NCBI GenBank assembly: GCA_033764315.1
Contig: JANRJA010000016.1
Coordinates: 1-32,204, forward strand
DNA: 32,204 bases
Source: Oculatellaceae cyanobacterium bins.114
GTDB taxonomy: Bacteria > Cyanobacteriota > Cyanobacteriia > Elainellales > Elainellaceae
Direction of reading: 5' to 3'
In this document: positions 1-8,267 of the stretch, one piece after another
How the letters are laid out: each line of letters opens with the position of its first letter
Numbering within the stretch: position 1 is the stretch's first letter
Position numbers and translations under genes: made by a program
The notes under the pieces: generated by a model
What the model was told of the DNA's origin: nothing
What the model saw: only the letters and a program-made list of their open reading frames with translations
Database searches by the model: none

Positions 1-132
1 ATTTTGCAATTGTCCGAACGATTGTCGTGAATCTGTTTCGGGGACACGGGTATAGCTCAATTACTCAAGCCATTCGTCGGGTTGCCCATGATATCCCTCG
101 CCTTTTTTCCTTTTTTCAGTAGATCAGCCCTG
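1..132 (+). mobile_element. Right end of an ISAs1-like insertion sequence; terminal IR ends at ...CAGCCCTG (132)
   Basis: Transposase tail plus a CAGGG-type terminus. The left end and TSD are outside the window. Confidence 0.6.
3..122 (+). CDS. C-terminal fragment of a probable ISAs1-family transposase (runs off the window's left edge)
   Basis: Frame 3 reads FAIVRTIVVNLFRGHGYSSITQAIRRVAHDIPRLFSFFQ*, which resembles the C-terminus of cyanobacterial ISAs1 transposases. It is followed directly by ATCAGCCCTG, whose reverse complement CAGGGCTGAT fits ISAs1-type ends. Confidence 0.7.
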   Translation, partial: FAIVRTIVVNLFRGHGYSSITQAIRRVAHDIPRLFSFFQ

Positions 133-260
133 CCTTGAAAAGGGGAACTTTGACTCCGATCCCCTCCTTTTTAAGGAGGGTTAGGGAGGATCAAACCCAG
201 CCCAGGCTAAATCAGAAGACTTGTGTGTACACGGTAGCCTTAGAAAAGGGGACTTTAGAC
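133..260. repeat. Cyanobacterial palindromic dispersed repeat plus the right TIR (224-238, TGTGTACACGGTAGC) of the MITE family also found at 10809-11092
   Basis: Hairpin CCCTCCTTTTTAAGGAGGG. 224-238 is the reverse complement of the left TIR at 10809 (GCTACTGTGTACACA) with one mismatch. Confidence 0.65.
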
Positions 261-343
261 CTTACTGCATGAGAGTGGGATAGATCCTCGATCTTTGAAT
301 CGACTTGAACATAAGCCGCTACTCATATGAGCAATGCTTGAGG

Positions 344-742
344 GTTACTCGATAACATTCAAGCTTTACTTGATTCAGTTCAAGTGTTACTCGATAACAT
401 TCAAGCTTTACTTGATTCAGTTCAAGCGTTACTCAATAACGTTGCTCCAACTATAAGAAACGTTTAAGTGTTACTCAATAACATATAAGCGTTACTCGAT
501 TCAATTCAAGTGTTACTTGATAACGTTGTTCTAACTATAAGAAACGTTTAAGCGTTACTCAATAACATATAAGCGTTACTCGATTTAGTTCAAACGTTAC
601 TTGATAACATTCAAGCGTTACTCGATTAAGTTGTAACGTTACTCGATTCGATTACAACATGACTCGATTCAGTTCAAGCGTTACTCGATTCGGTTGCGGT
701 GTGACTGGATGCGATCGCCAGGTTATCGAATGCGATCGCACT
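344..742. repeat. 21-bp tandem minisatellite, 19 units, consensus ~GTTACTCGAT(AACA/TCAG)TTCAAGC, with 42-bp and 84-bp higher-order duplications
   Basis: Units stay in exact 21-bp phase from 344 to 742. Units 1-2 recur as 3-4 and units 5-8 recur as 9-12. The last two units degrade and contain HIP1. Confidence 0.92.
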
Positions 743-781
743 GCAACTCATACTAATTCTAGAAATTACTACTACAGCTCA

Positions 782-1038
782 TACCCCACCGCCTGTGGCA
801 CCTCCCCTTACCAAGGGGAGGTTGGGAGGGGTCAAATGTGTAGCCTTAAAAAATTGAATCGATATCAGTAACCCTGTCACTTTACCCCCCAACCCCCCCA
901 ACTTGGGAGACTTCCGCTCCGGTTCCCTCCTTCTGTAATGTGATTTATCTCTCGTGCCAGAGGCTCTGCCTCCAAATCTAGGGTTATCGGAGGCAGAGCC
1001 TCCACATCCAGATTCCCAGCCTCTGGCTAGGAACCAGG
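782..1038. repeat. Cluster of cyanobacterial palindromic intergenic repeats
   Basis: Hairpin CCTCCCCTTACCAAGGGGAGG (~801-821), a C-rich tract (~885-900) and the inverted repeat GAGGCTCTGCCTCC...GGAGGCAGAGCCTC (~960-1002). Confidence 0.7.
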
Positions 1039-1147
1039 AAGTAGCACCTGATTGAGCAAATTTTATCTCTTGCCAATTTATAATCTTTGTCAGAGAATTT
1101 TATTCAAGGTTTTGCACCAACTGCCAAGAGGTTGTGACGGACTGGGG

Positions 1148-1189
1148 TTTGGTTTAGCAGAGTCTCTATTTGGTTTAGCAGAGTCTCTA
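1148..1189. repeat. Perfect 2 x 21-bp tandem duplication (TTTGGTTTAGCAGAGTCTCTA) in the 5' region of the first SLH gene
   Basis: Read directly from the sequence. The paralogous upstream region at ~3592-3611 has only one diverged copy. Confidence 0.9.
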
Positions 1190-1221
1190 AAAGTCGGTGT
1201 AGTCTACTGTTGAGGTGCGTT

Positions 1222-3159
1222 ATGAAATGGAAGATCCCTTCTCTTTTTTTGATTGCTAATAGTCTGATAGCTGGTAGTCTCTTCTTGTCTTCATCTCTGT
1301 CTACAATTGCGGCGACCGACACTCAGGAGACTGTTCCTCAACTCAATAGAGAAGAAAATTTTAATCCTGTCCGTCGTCTTTTGGCTCAAAATGTGGCTGC
1401 TGGAGTGCTTACCCGAATCGATAATTTGGGGGGACAGGTAACCTTGAGAGGCAGCAACGCCAATCGCAGTCAGTTGATGAGAACCCCAGAAGATCGGTTG
1501 AGGGTGCCAGCCCGATCGAGTGCCAATATTGGGTTTCGTCTTGATGGGAACAGCGGCACGATCGCCGGTTTTTTGATGCAAGCAGGCAGTGCTATACAAG
1601 CCACCGAATACTGGTATCCCTGCAATGGACGCTATGGCAGGTTTGTGATCGGATGGTCAGCAGGGCGGGGCACACCAACCTGTCAGCAAGTGAATTTGGG
1701 ATCAACCTTTCGGATCTCCACTCGTACCAATGTCAACAGAGTGATAGTAGGAAGTGCAACGCGATCGATCGCAAATGATTCACTCAAAGCTAACTTTTCC
1801 GATACGCAAGGTCATTGGGCTGAAGCTGAAATTGATGCTTTGAACAATATGGGCATTATTTCGGGCTATTACGGTGGCACCTTTCGCCCCGATGCTCCGG
1901 TGACGCGAGCAGAATTTGCGGCGATGATCAATAAGGCTTTTAGCGATCGCCCTGCCATTCGCTCTGGACAAGATTTCTATGATACCGTCTATCACTGGGG
2001 TAGTGGGGCGATTCGCACGGCTTATGCGCTGGGCTTTATTTCCGGCTATCCTGAAGGGGATTTTCGACCCGATTGGAATGTTAGCCGCGTTGAGGCAGTG
2101 GCAGCACTTGCGACCGGGTTAGGGCTATCAGGCTACGCCAGCCTGGATGGATTTTATTCCGATGCTGCTCAAATTTGTGGCACTTCTGCAAGCTACTGGT
2201 GGGCTTGCAACCAAATCACCGCTGCGACCAGCAACGGGATTCGTATCCAGGGTCCCTTTTCTAACTGGTTTGTCCCCGCTCAACAAGCAACCCGGGCAGA
2301 TATTGCCGTCTTTATCTATCAAGCGTTGCAAAACAGTCCTACCGGAACAATTAGCAGTGAAGAATCTGATATTCTCCTGCAACCTCTTGATTCAAATGCG
2401 GCATGGGTTCTAGCGGATGTAACCGAAGATCGAGTGGAGGTAACTGTGTTAGGAGGAAACGTTGCTGTAGGTTCCGCGACGGCTCCAAAGAATCTTTCTG
2501 CTGGACAACGTTACATTCTTGAAAGCCCTCCTAACGGTCTCCCTCAAGAACAAGTCGTCACCCTGTCTCCGCAAGAGCGAAATGCGATCGCCAATTCCTC
2601 TGAAGTAACGACTTTCCTCAGCCCTGATAGCTGGTTGCCAGAAGACAGTGCTGCTTTATCCCAATACAAAGACTATTATGCTGCCTTGTTGGGGAATGTG
2701 GCTGCCCAACCTCCTGATTTCGATATAGAAGAGTTCAAAATCGAATTTATTGAGCTTGAGCAGACTGGGCCGCTGCGGGGTCGAATTCGCATTGTGGGAA
2801 CGGTGCGAAATGTTGGCGGACCATTTGTCGGCAGTCCAGGACAGCAGCGGTTAGTGTTAGGTGAAACACCACAACTGACCAATAATGAAACCCCTGTCAC
2901 TGTTGCTAGCCAACCCTTTGACCGTGTTGAGACTGGGCAAGTTATTCAAGTTGTGTATGAAAGAGAGTGGGATAACCAAATATACAGACAACCGGGTTCT
3001 ACCGCTATCGTTCCTCGCTACTGGGTTTCCATTGAACGGGAGTACTCTCCAGGTAACGATCCCAACGCTGATGCTAATCCCAGCAATGATATTATCGCTG
3101 GTTGGTTGAGTTCTCCTGCAAGTGAAGCGACCTGCTTTTTTGGCGGGTGTAATTGGTAG
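1222..3159 (+). CDS. Secreted S-layer homology (3x SLH) protein with a split FecR-like domain and a CARDB/Ig-like C-terminal domain, paralog 1
   Basis: Likely ATG at 1222 after GAGG. Sec signal peptide MKWKIPSLFLIANSLIAGSLFLSSSLSTIAA. SLH motifs FSDTQGHWAEAEI...GTFRPDAPVTRAEFA, GYPEGDFRPDWNVSRVEA and ATRADIAVFIYQAL. FecR-like segments EDRLRVPARSSANIGF and VEVTVLGGNVAV...LSAGQ. C-terminal IVGTVRNVG...NPSND. Confidence 0.85.
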   Translation: MKWKIPSLFLIANSLIAGSLFLSSSLSTIAATDTQETVPQLNREENFNPVRRLLAQNVAAGVLTRIDNLGGQVTLRGSNANRSQLMRTPEDRLRVPARSSANIGFRLDGNSGTIAGFLMQAGSAIQATEYWYPCNGRYGRFVIGWSAGRGTPTCQQVNLGSTFRISTRTNVNRVIVGSATRSIANDSLKANFSDTQGHWAEAEIDALNNMGIISGYYGGTFRPDAPVTRAEFAAMINKAFSDRPAIRSGQDFYDTVYHWGSGAIRTAYALGFISGYPEGDFRPDWNVSRVEAVAALATGLGLSGYASLDGFYSDAAQICGTSASYWWACNQITAATSNGIRIQGPFSNWFVPAQQATRADIAVFIYQALQNSPTGTISSEESDILLQPLDSNAAWVLADVTEDRVEVTVLGGNVAVGSATAPKNLSAGQRYILESPPNGLPQEQVVTLSPQERNAIANSSEVTTFLSPDSWLPEDSAALSQYKDYYAALLGNVAAQPPDFDIEEFKIEFIELEQTGPLRGRIRIVGTVRNVGGPFVGSPGQQRLVLGETPQLTNNETPVTVASQPFDRVETGQVIQVVYEREWDNQIYRQPGSTAIVPRYWVSIEREYSPGNDPNADANPSNDIIAGWLSSPASEATCFFGGCNW

Positions 3160-3239
3160 GTGTAATTTTAGCCCTGACTTTGTTATGTTTATTTACCCTT
3201 TGTTTAAGCACCCACTCGGAAGTTTTGTTGATAAAGAGC

Positions 3240-3527
3240 ATGGCTATCCACGAAGTTTTACCAAAGCTCATTGTCATACCTTTATTCAGCACATCTTCAT
3301 TTTTAACTAACATCAAGAGATGGCAATATCCTGCTTGGATGTGTTTGGTGATATTGCTAGAAGTGGTCGTAACACCTGTGCCGTCCTTGGCGCAAGATTG
3401 CAGTGAAGCGGCGATCCAGCAGCACCTGAAGGAGATGATGCAGACAACGGAATGGGAAAAGGCGGTTGAGTTTATACAGTTCAGGAGACACCTAATTGAG
3501 CAGGTTTTGCCTTTCGTCAAGGTATAA
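3240..3527 (+). pseudogene. Truncated paralog (signal peptide plus first helix only) of the HEAT-TM-NACHT gene at 5635
   Basis: LAQDCSEAAIQQHLKEMMQTTEWEKAV here versus IAQTCGEPEIRQHLKEMMQTTEWEKAV. A 32-bp DNA stretch is identical at 3429-3460 and 5809-5840, and homology stops abruptly at ~3465. The start codon is uncertain. Confidence 0.75.
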
Positions 3528-3643
3528 TCGCTATCAAATTCTTTGATTCAAGGCTTTGCACAAACGATCAGATGGTTTTGACGGACTAAGGTTTGGCTTA
3601 GCAGGATCTCTGAGTGCAGGTGTAGCTACTATTGAGGTGCCTT

Positions 3644-5515
3644 ATGAGATGGAAGACTCCTTCTCTTTTTTGGATTGTCAATGGTCTGATAACTAGCAGT
3701 GTCTTCTTGTCTTCGTCTCTATCTGCAATGGCAGCGACCGATACTCAGGAGGCTGTTCCTCAACTCAATATAGAAGGAAGTTTTGCTCCTGCCCGTCTTC
3801 TTTTGGCTCAAACGGTGAGTGCTGGAGTTCTCACTCGAATTGATAACGCGGGGGGACAAGTGACCTTGAGAGGCAGCAACGCCACTCGCAATCAGTTGAT
3901 GAGAGTTCCAGAAGATCGGTTGAGAGTTCCGGCGCGATCGGGAGCCAACATTGGATTTCGCCCTGTTGGTGGAAGTGGGACTATCTCAAACTACTTAGTG
4001 CAAGCAGGTAGCCCCACAACTCATACAGAATATTGGTATCCCTGCAATGGTGGAAGTGGACGGTTTGTGATCGGCTGGTCAACCAGAGGCGGCACCCCAA
4101 CCTGTTCACAGGTGCGATTAGGGCAAACCCTGCGAGTCCCAGCCAGGGGAAATACCACTGCTCGGCTGACTACCCCAACCTTATCAGCACCCTCCAGAAT
4201 CCAGACCTTCAATTCACCTACCGCTAACTTCCCAGACACTCAGGGACACTGGGCTGAGGCAGAAATTGTTGCTTTAAGCAACCAGGGCATTATTGCGGGC
4301 TATTACGAGGATGGCACCTTTCGTCCAGATGCCCCCGTCACCCGTGCTGAATTTGCGGCAATGGTCAATAGGGCGTTTGGAAATCGTGCCCCCCTTAGAG
4401 ACGAACGAGACTTCCCAGATACCCAGGGGCACTGGGCTAACTCTGCCATCCGCACGGCTTATGCCCTGGGGTTTTTCTCGGGTTATCCTGGGGGAGTTTT
4501 TCTACCACAAAGTAGCATTACCCGCGCCGAAGCGGTCGTCGCCCTATCGAGTGGTCTAAATCTGTCAGGAGACGGCAGTTTAGAAGGGTATGCAGATGCT
4601 CCTCAGATTTGCGGCAGTGGTGCCCCCTACTATTGGGCTTGCAACCAGATCAGGGCTGCTGCCAGCAATGGCATTCGCATCAAGGGTCCTAATGTAGGAC
4701 AGTTTCGACCATCCCAGCGAGCGACACGGGCTGATATTGCCGTGTTTATTTACCAGGCATTGGAGATCGGCTCTGGGGTCCCCACGGTGGATGGAACAGA
4801 CGTTGTGATTGAACCCACAGATGCAGATATCGCCTGGGTTTTGGCAGATGTGACCGAGGAAAGAGTAGAGGTCACGGTATTAGGGGGTACTGTTTCAGTC
4901 GATACGGAGACGGCTCCTGCAACGGAGGTTTCTGCTGGAGAGCGTTATACCCTTGAGCAGAATGAAGCTGCTGTGGTTGCCCCGCTTTCCTCTGAGGAGC
5001 GTGGAGCGATCGCCAATTCTCCTGATGTTGTCATGTTCCTAGACCCAAATAGTTGGTCGCCGGAGACGGCTTCTGAGTTGAGTCGATATCAGCTCTACCG
5101 TGATGATTTATTTCAGCCCGATGTAGCCATCAAAATCCATCCCACTCTGGTTACACGAACCTCTCAAAGCACTGGAACAATCCAGCTTGTAGCTACGGTG
5201 GTTAATCAAAGTAGATCGTCTTATGTACCTGGTGCCGTTCAGGAGTTCACATTTGATGAAAATCGAAAAAATGATGATCCCAATTCAACTGCTCCAGCCA
5301 CGCAGAGAAACTTAGGTAGACAGAACTTTGAAAATCTTGCTCCAGGAGAAACTATTCAGATAACTTCTGAAATTCCCTGGGATGTTTCCTCTAGCCAATC
5401 TATCAACGGTTATGTGGCGTGTATTCCTATTCCTATTAACGATCCTAACTATTCTCCTGGATCTGGACGGTGTAGATGGCTTTGGCGCGATGATATTAAC
5501 AATTTATTTCGCTAA
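3644..5515 (+). CDS. Secreted S-layer homology (3x SLH) protein with a split FecR-like domain and a CARDB/Ig-like C-terminal domain, paralog 2
   Basis: Likely ATG at 3644. Collinear with paralog 1 up to ...FLDPNSW. SLH motifs FPDTQGHWA occur twice, plus GTFRPDAPVTRAEFA. Diverged C-terminus IQLVATVVNQS...NLAPGETIQIT. Confidence 0.85.
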   Translation: MRWKTPSLFWIVNGLITSSVFLSSSLSAMAATDTQEAVPQLNIEGSFAPARLLLAQTVSAGVLTRIDNAGGQVTLRGSNATRNQLMRVPEDRLRVPARSGANIGFRPVGGSGTISNYLVQAGSPTTHTEYWYPCNGGSGRFVIGWSTRGGTPTCSQVRLGQTLRVPARGNTTARLTTPTLSAPSRIQTFNSPTANFPDTQGHWAEAEIVALSNQGIIAGYYEDGTFRPDAPVTRAEFAAMVNRAFGNRAPLRDERDFPDTQGHWANSAIRTAYALGFFSGYPGGVFLPQSSITRAEAVVALSSGLNLSGDGSLEGYADAPQICGSGAPYYWACNQIRAAASNGIRIKGPNVGQFRPSQRATRADIAVFIYQALEIGSGVPTVDGTDVVIEPTDADIAWVLADVTEERVEVTVLGGTVSVDTETAPATEVSAGERYTLEQNEAAVVAPLSSEERGAIANSPDVVMFLDPNSWSPETASELSRYQLYRDDLFQPDVAIKIHPTLVTRTSQSTGTIQLVATVVNQSRSSYVPGAVQEFTFDENRKNDDPNSTAPATQRNLGRQNFENLAPGETIQITSEIPWDVSSSQSINGYVACIPIPINDPNYSPGSGRCRWLWRDDINNLFR

Positions 5516-5538
5516 TGCAACAGGATGAAATAACCTGT

Positions 5539-5603
5539 GTAGGTTGGGTTGAAGGATGAAACCCAACGCCTCGGAGGATGTTGAGTTTCGCAGGCTCAAC
5601 CCA
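5539..5603. repeat. GTAG-type REP-like palindromic pair
   Basis: GTAGGTTGGGTTGAAGGATGAAACCCAAC ... GTTGAGTTTCGCAGGCTCAACCCA. Confidence 0.65.
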
Positions 5604-5634
5604 CAAAAGCTAATTTGCAAGAGATTCAATAGTC

Positions 5635-8202
5635 ATGGCGAAATTAGTTATGAGCCAGCGATTTGTTAGCCGAACGCCGTTGCAGACCATCCAAGCTTTT
5701 GGCTTGAAATACCTCGCGACTCCCGTTGTGTTGATATTGGGGGCACTCACGATACCGAGCATGGCGATCGCTCAAACCTGTGGAGAACCTGAAATTAGGC
5801 AACATCTCAAGGAGATGATGCAGACAACGGAATGGGAAAAAGCTGTCAACACAATTGCTGCTTGTGAGGCAACTGCCCTTCCCGGTTTAGTGGTTGCACT
5901 GGAGCAAGGTAGCCCGAATGAACAGTTAGAAGCGATCGCTGCCCTGGAGAAAGTTTTTGCATCCCCCGCCGCCACTGCTGCTTGGGTAGATCAAGCTCCC
6001 CAATTGACCGATATTTTATTGACTCGCTTACAACCCGATGCCGATGAGCAGGTACAGGGGCGAGCCGCCGCCGTGTTAGGAACGGTTGCCTATCTTTCAA
6101 AGGATACCTCTCGCCATGAGGCGATCGCCCAAGCCCTGATCGCCGCTTTGGCGGATAGTAACAATCTGGTTGCGGTTCACATCAATGCGGCTTATGCTTT
6201 GGGACAGGTGCCCAATCAAAAAGACCCGATCGCTCAGGCGTTGTCACCGCTTTTAACCAAGCCTCAAACCGATCTGGGGTTGCGGGAAGCTGCGGCGCGA
6301 TCGCTGGCAGATTTGAATGTGGTTGATCCATTGATCGCCGTCCTGCAAAATCCGGCTGTTGGGGATGATGTGACGTTGTCCATCGTTCGAGGGTTAAGGG
6401 GAGTCACTGCGCCGACTCCAGCGGTAGTAGACACGTTAATTCCGTTTTTGGGGGCAAGCAATCCCGAACTGGTGATTGAGTCATCTACAACCCTTAACAC
6501 CATTGCTCAAAACCAACCTCAAGAGACTGCACCCCTTTTGCTGCCTCACCTGGATGCGCTGGTGGCTCATCTGGCGAACCCAAATTTGACAAGTTTGAGC
6601 AACACGGTGGGGCTGTTGGCAGTGGTGAGTGATCACATCGTTCAAGCTAAACCACCCCAAAAAGAACGAGACGGCTATCTCAAAACCCTCAACCAGGGCT
6701 TGCAAACTCTGGAAACCAACCCCAGCACAACAGACGAACTACGGCGGGAACTACAGCAGGCTGTCAGGTCAATGGAGGCGGGCAACCCTGCCTTGGAGCA
6801 GGTCATCGCGCAGATGGCGCGGACGGGCATGACGACACTGCTGATCCATAGCCTGTTTTGGTTAGCACTGGTGGCGGTGTATCCCGTGTCACCTCAAGTT
6901 CAGGCGATTTTCTTCTGGAACCCCAAAGTCCGCACCATTTTTGGGCTGGGTTATGTCGGGTTAGCCCTCACCTGGATTCCATTTTTGCGTGCCAAGCTAT
7001 TTGCTCCCTTTCGGGCAAACCTGTTGGCGGAGGCGGATCTGGATGAATCAGACAGCCAACTCTACTTTGCTGGGTCAGATGTGGTGCTGCAAGGCAAAGG
7101 GCAACGCATGCCAATTATGGAGGCGGTTCCCGATTTAAAGGGACAGATTGTCTTAGAGGGAGAATCGGGTCTGGGCAAAACGATGGCTCTCAAGTATCTG
7201 GTCAGGCGCAGCCGTCGTCTCGTGGTGTATTTGCCTGCTCGGAAATGTGCGGCTGGGGTGATTGAGTCCATCCGCGATCGCCTCCAGGGTCCAGCGCAAG
7301 ATACCGACTTTCTGCAAAGCTTGATTTACAGCGGGGCGATCGACATCTGCATCGATGGTCTGAATGAGGTCACTCCCGACACCCGCGCTAAAATTACGCT
7401 GTTTGCCGAAACTTACTTCAAGGGCAACATTGCCATCAGTACCCAACCGATGGATTGGACACCGCCGACCAATGCTAAAGTCTACCAGTTGCAACCGCTA
7501 ACATCTGAGCAAATTGGGGATTTTTTGCGATCGCGTCAATCCACTCTATCCCCTAAAGCTCCCGTACAAGGTGCCCAATATGAGCAAGCCTGCCAGGTTT
7601 TTCTGGCTAATCTAGACCCCAACCGCCTAACCACAGAGGCGATGACCCAAACCCTGTCTAACCCAATGGAGTTGACAGTCGTTGCACAAATGATTGCTGA
7701 CGGCAAACAGCCCGATTTACTGAACTTGCAACAGCAACAATACGACGCGATGGCAAGCCGATATCAGTATGTCAACCTCAACCAGCCGTTTCCCCTTGAG
7801 GCATTCGCAGAAATGGCTTACCAGATGCGTCTCAAGGACGAGTTCATTATTCCAGCAGATGCCTGGTTTAAGGAACTGAACTGTATGGAACCCTATCGCA
7901 TGGTGTTGAGTCGCCAACTCTCGGATGCTCAAGGAGGAACCGTGACCGAGTGGCGATTCCGCCATGAAAAAATTCAAGATTTTTTTATTGTGCAAACCTT
8001 CTGGGGACAGGGGAACGAACGCCCAGATAAGCACCTGGGTGATCCTCGTTTTCGGGGAGTATATCTGCTTTTGGCGACTCAGCTCCCCCTCGACAGTGCT
8101 CTGCAACTTCGGGAAATGCTGATTAGCCATGCCGTTAAGACGAAAGATCATACTGTGAGCGATCGCTTTATTGAACTGATTAAAACCCGACAACCACAGT
8201 AA
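5635..8202 (+). CDS. HEAT-repeat / transmembrane / NACHT-like (STAND) P-loop NTPase protein with N-terminal signal peptide
   Basis: Hydrophobic leader ending AIA-Q. HEAT-like repeats VQGRAAAVLG, VHINAAYALG and LREAAARSLA. Hydrophobic segments TTLLIHSLFWLALVAVYP and IFGLGYVGLALTWIPFL. Walker A GESGLGKT, Walker B DICIDGLNE, and the STAND-like motifs NPMEL and FRHEKIQDFF. Confidence 0.85.
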   Translation: MAKLVMSQRFVSRTPLQTIQAFGLKYLATPVVLILGALTIPSMAIAQTCGEPEIRQHLKEMMQTTEWEKAVNTIAACEATALPGLVVALEQGSPNEQLEAIAALEKVFASPAATAAWVDQAPQLTDILLTRLQPDADEQVQGRAAAVLGTVAYLSKDTSRHEAIAQALIAALADSNNLVAVHINAAYALGQVPNQKDPIAQALSPLLTKPQTDLGLREAAARSLADLNVVDPLIAVLQNPAVGDDVTLSIVRGLRGVTAPTPAVVDTLIPFLGASNPELVIESSTTLNTIAQNQPQETAPLLLPHLDALVAHLANPNLTSLSNTVGLLAVVSDHIVQAKPPQKERDGYLKTLNQGLQTLETNPSTTDELRRELQQAVRSMEAGNPALEQVIAQMARTGMTTLLIHSLFWLALVAVYPVSPQVQAIFFWNPKVRTIFGLGYVGLALTWIPFLRAKLFAPFRANLLAEADLDESDSQLYFAGSDVVLQGKGQRMPIMEAVPDLKGQIVLEGESGLGKTMALKYLVRRSRRLVVYLPARKCAAGVIESIRDRLQGPAQDTDFLQSLIYSGAIDICIDGLNEVTPDTRAKITLFAETYFKGNIAISTQPMDWTPPTNAKVYQLQPLTSEQIGDFLRSRQSTLSPKAPVQGAQYEQACQVFLANLDPNRLTTEAMTQTLSNPMELTVVAQMIADGKQPDLLNLQQQQYDAMASRYQYVNLNQPFPLEAFAEMAYQMRLKDEFIIPADAWFKELNCMEPYRMVLSRQLSDAQGGTVTEWRFRHEKIQDFFIVQTFWGQGNERPDKHLGDPRFRGVYLLLATQLPLDSALQLREMLISHAVKTKDHTVSDRFIELIKTRQPQ

Positions 8203-8267
8203 AAAGTTATAGGGATTGACGATTGACCAATCCGCTATGATGCAAAACAGCGAGTTTGGGAAAGCAG

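Noticed and set aside
344-742. CRISPR array
   Set aside because: The units are contiguous 21-mers with no unique spacers, and no cas genes are in the window.
659-871. 70-aa ORF
   Set aside because: It runs through the minisatellite end and palindromic repeats, with no RBS or protein-like features.
1104-1322. Minus-strand ORF with an ETLLNQ repeat
   Set aside because: The repeat is a by-product of the 21-bp duplication, and the ORF overlaps the SLH gene start antisense.
1222-5515. Diversity-generating retroelement or polymorphic toxin explanation for the variable C-termini
   Set aside because: There is no reverse transcriptase, no adenine-specific TR/VR pair and no immunity gene; the tips look Ig-like rather than toxic.
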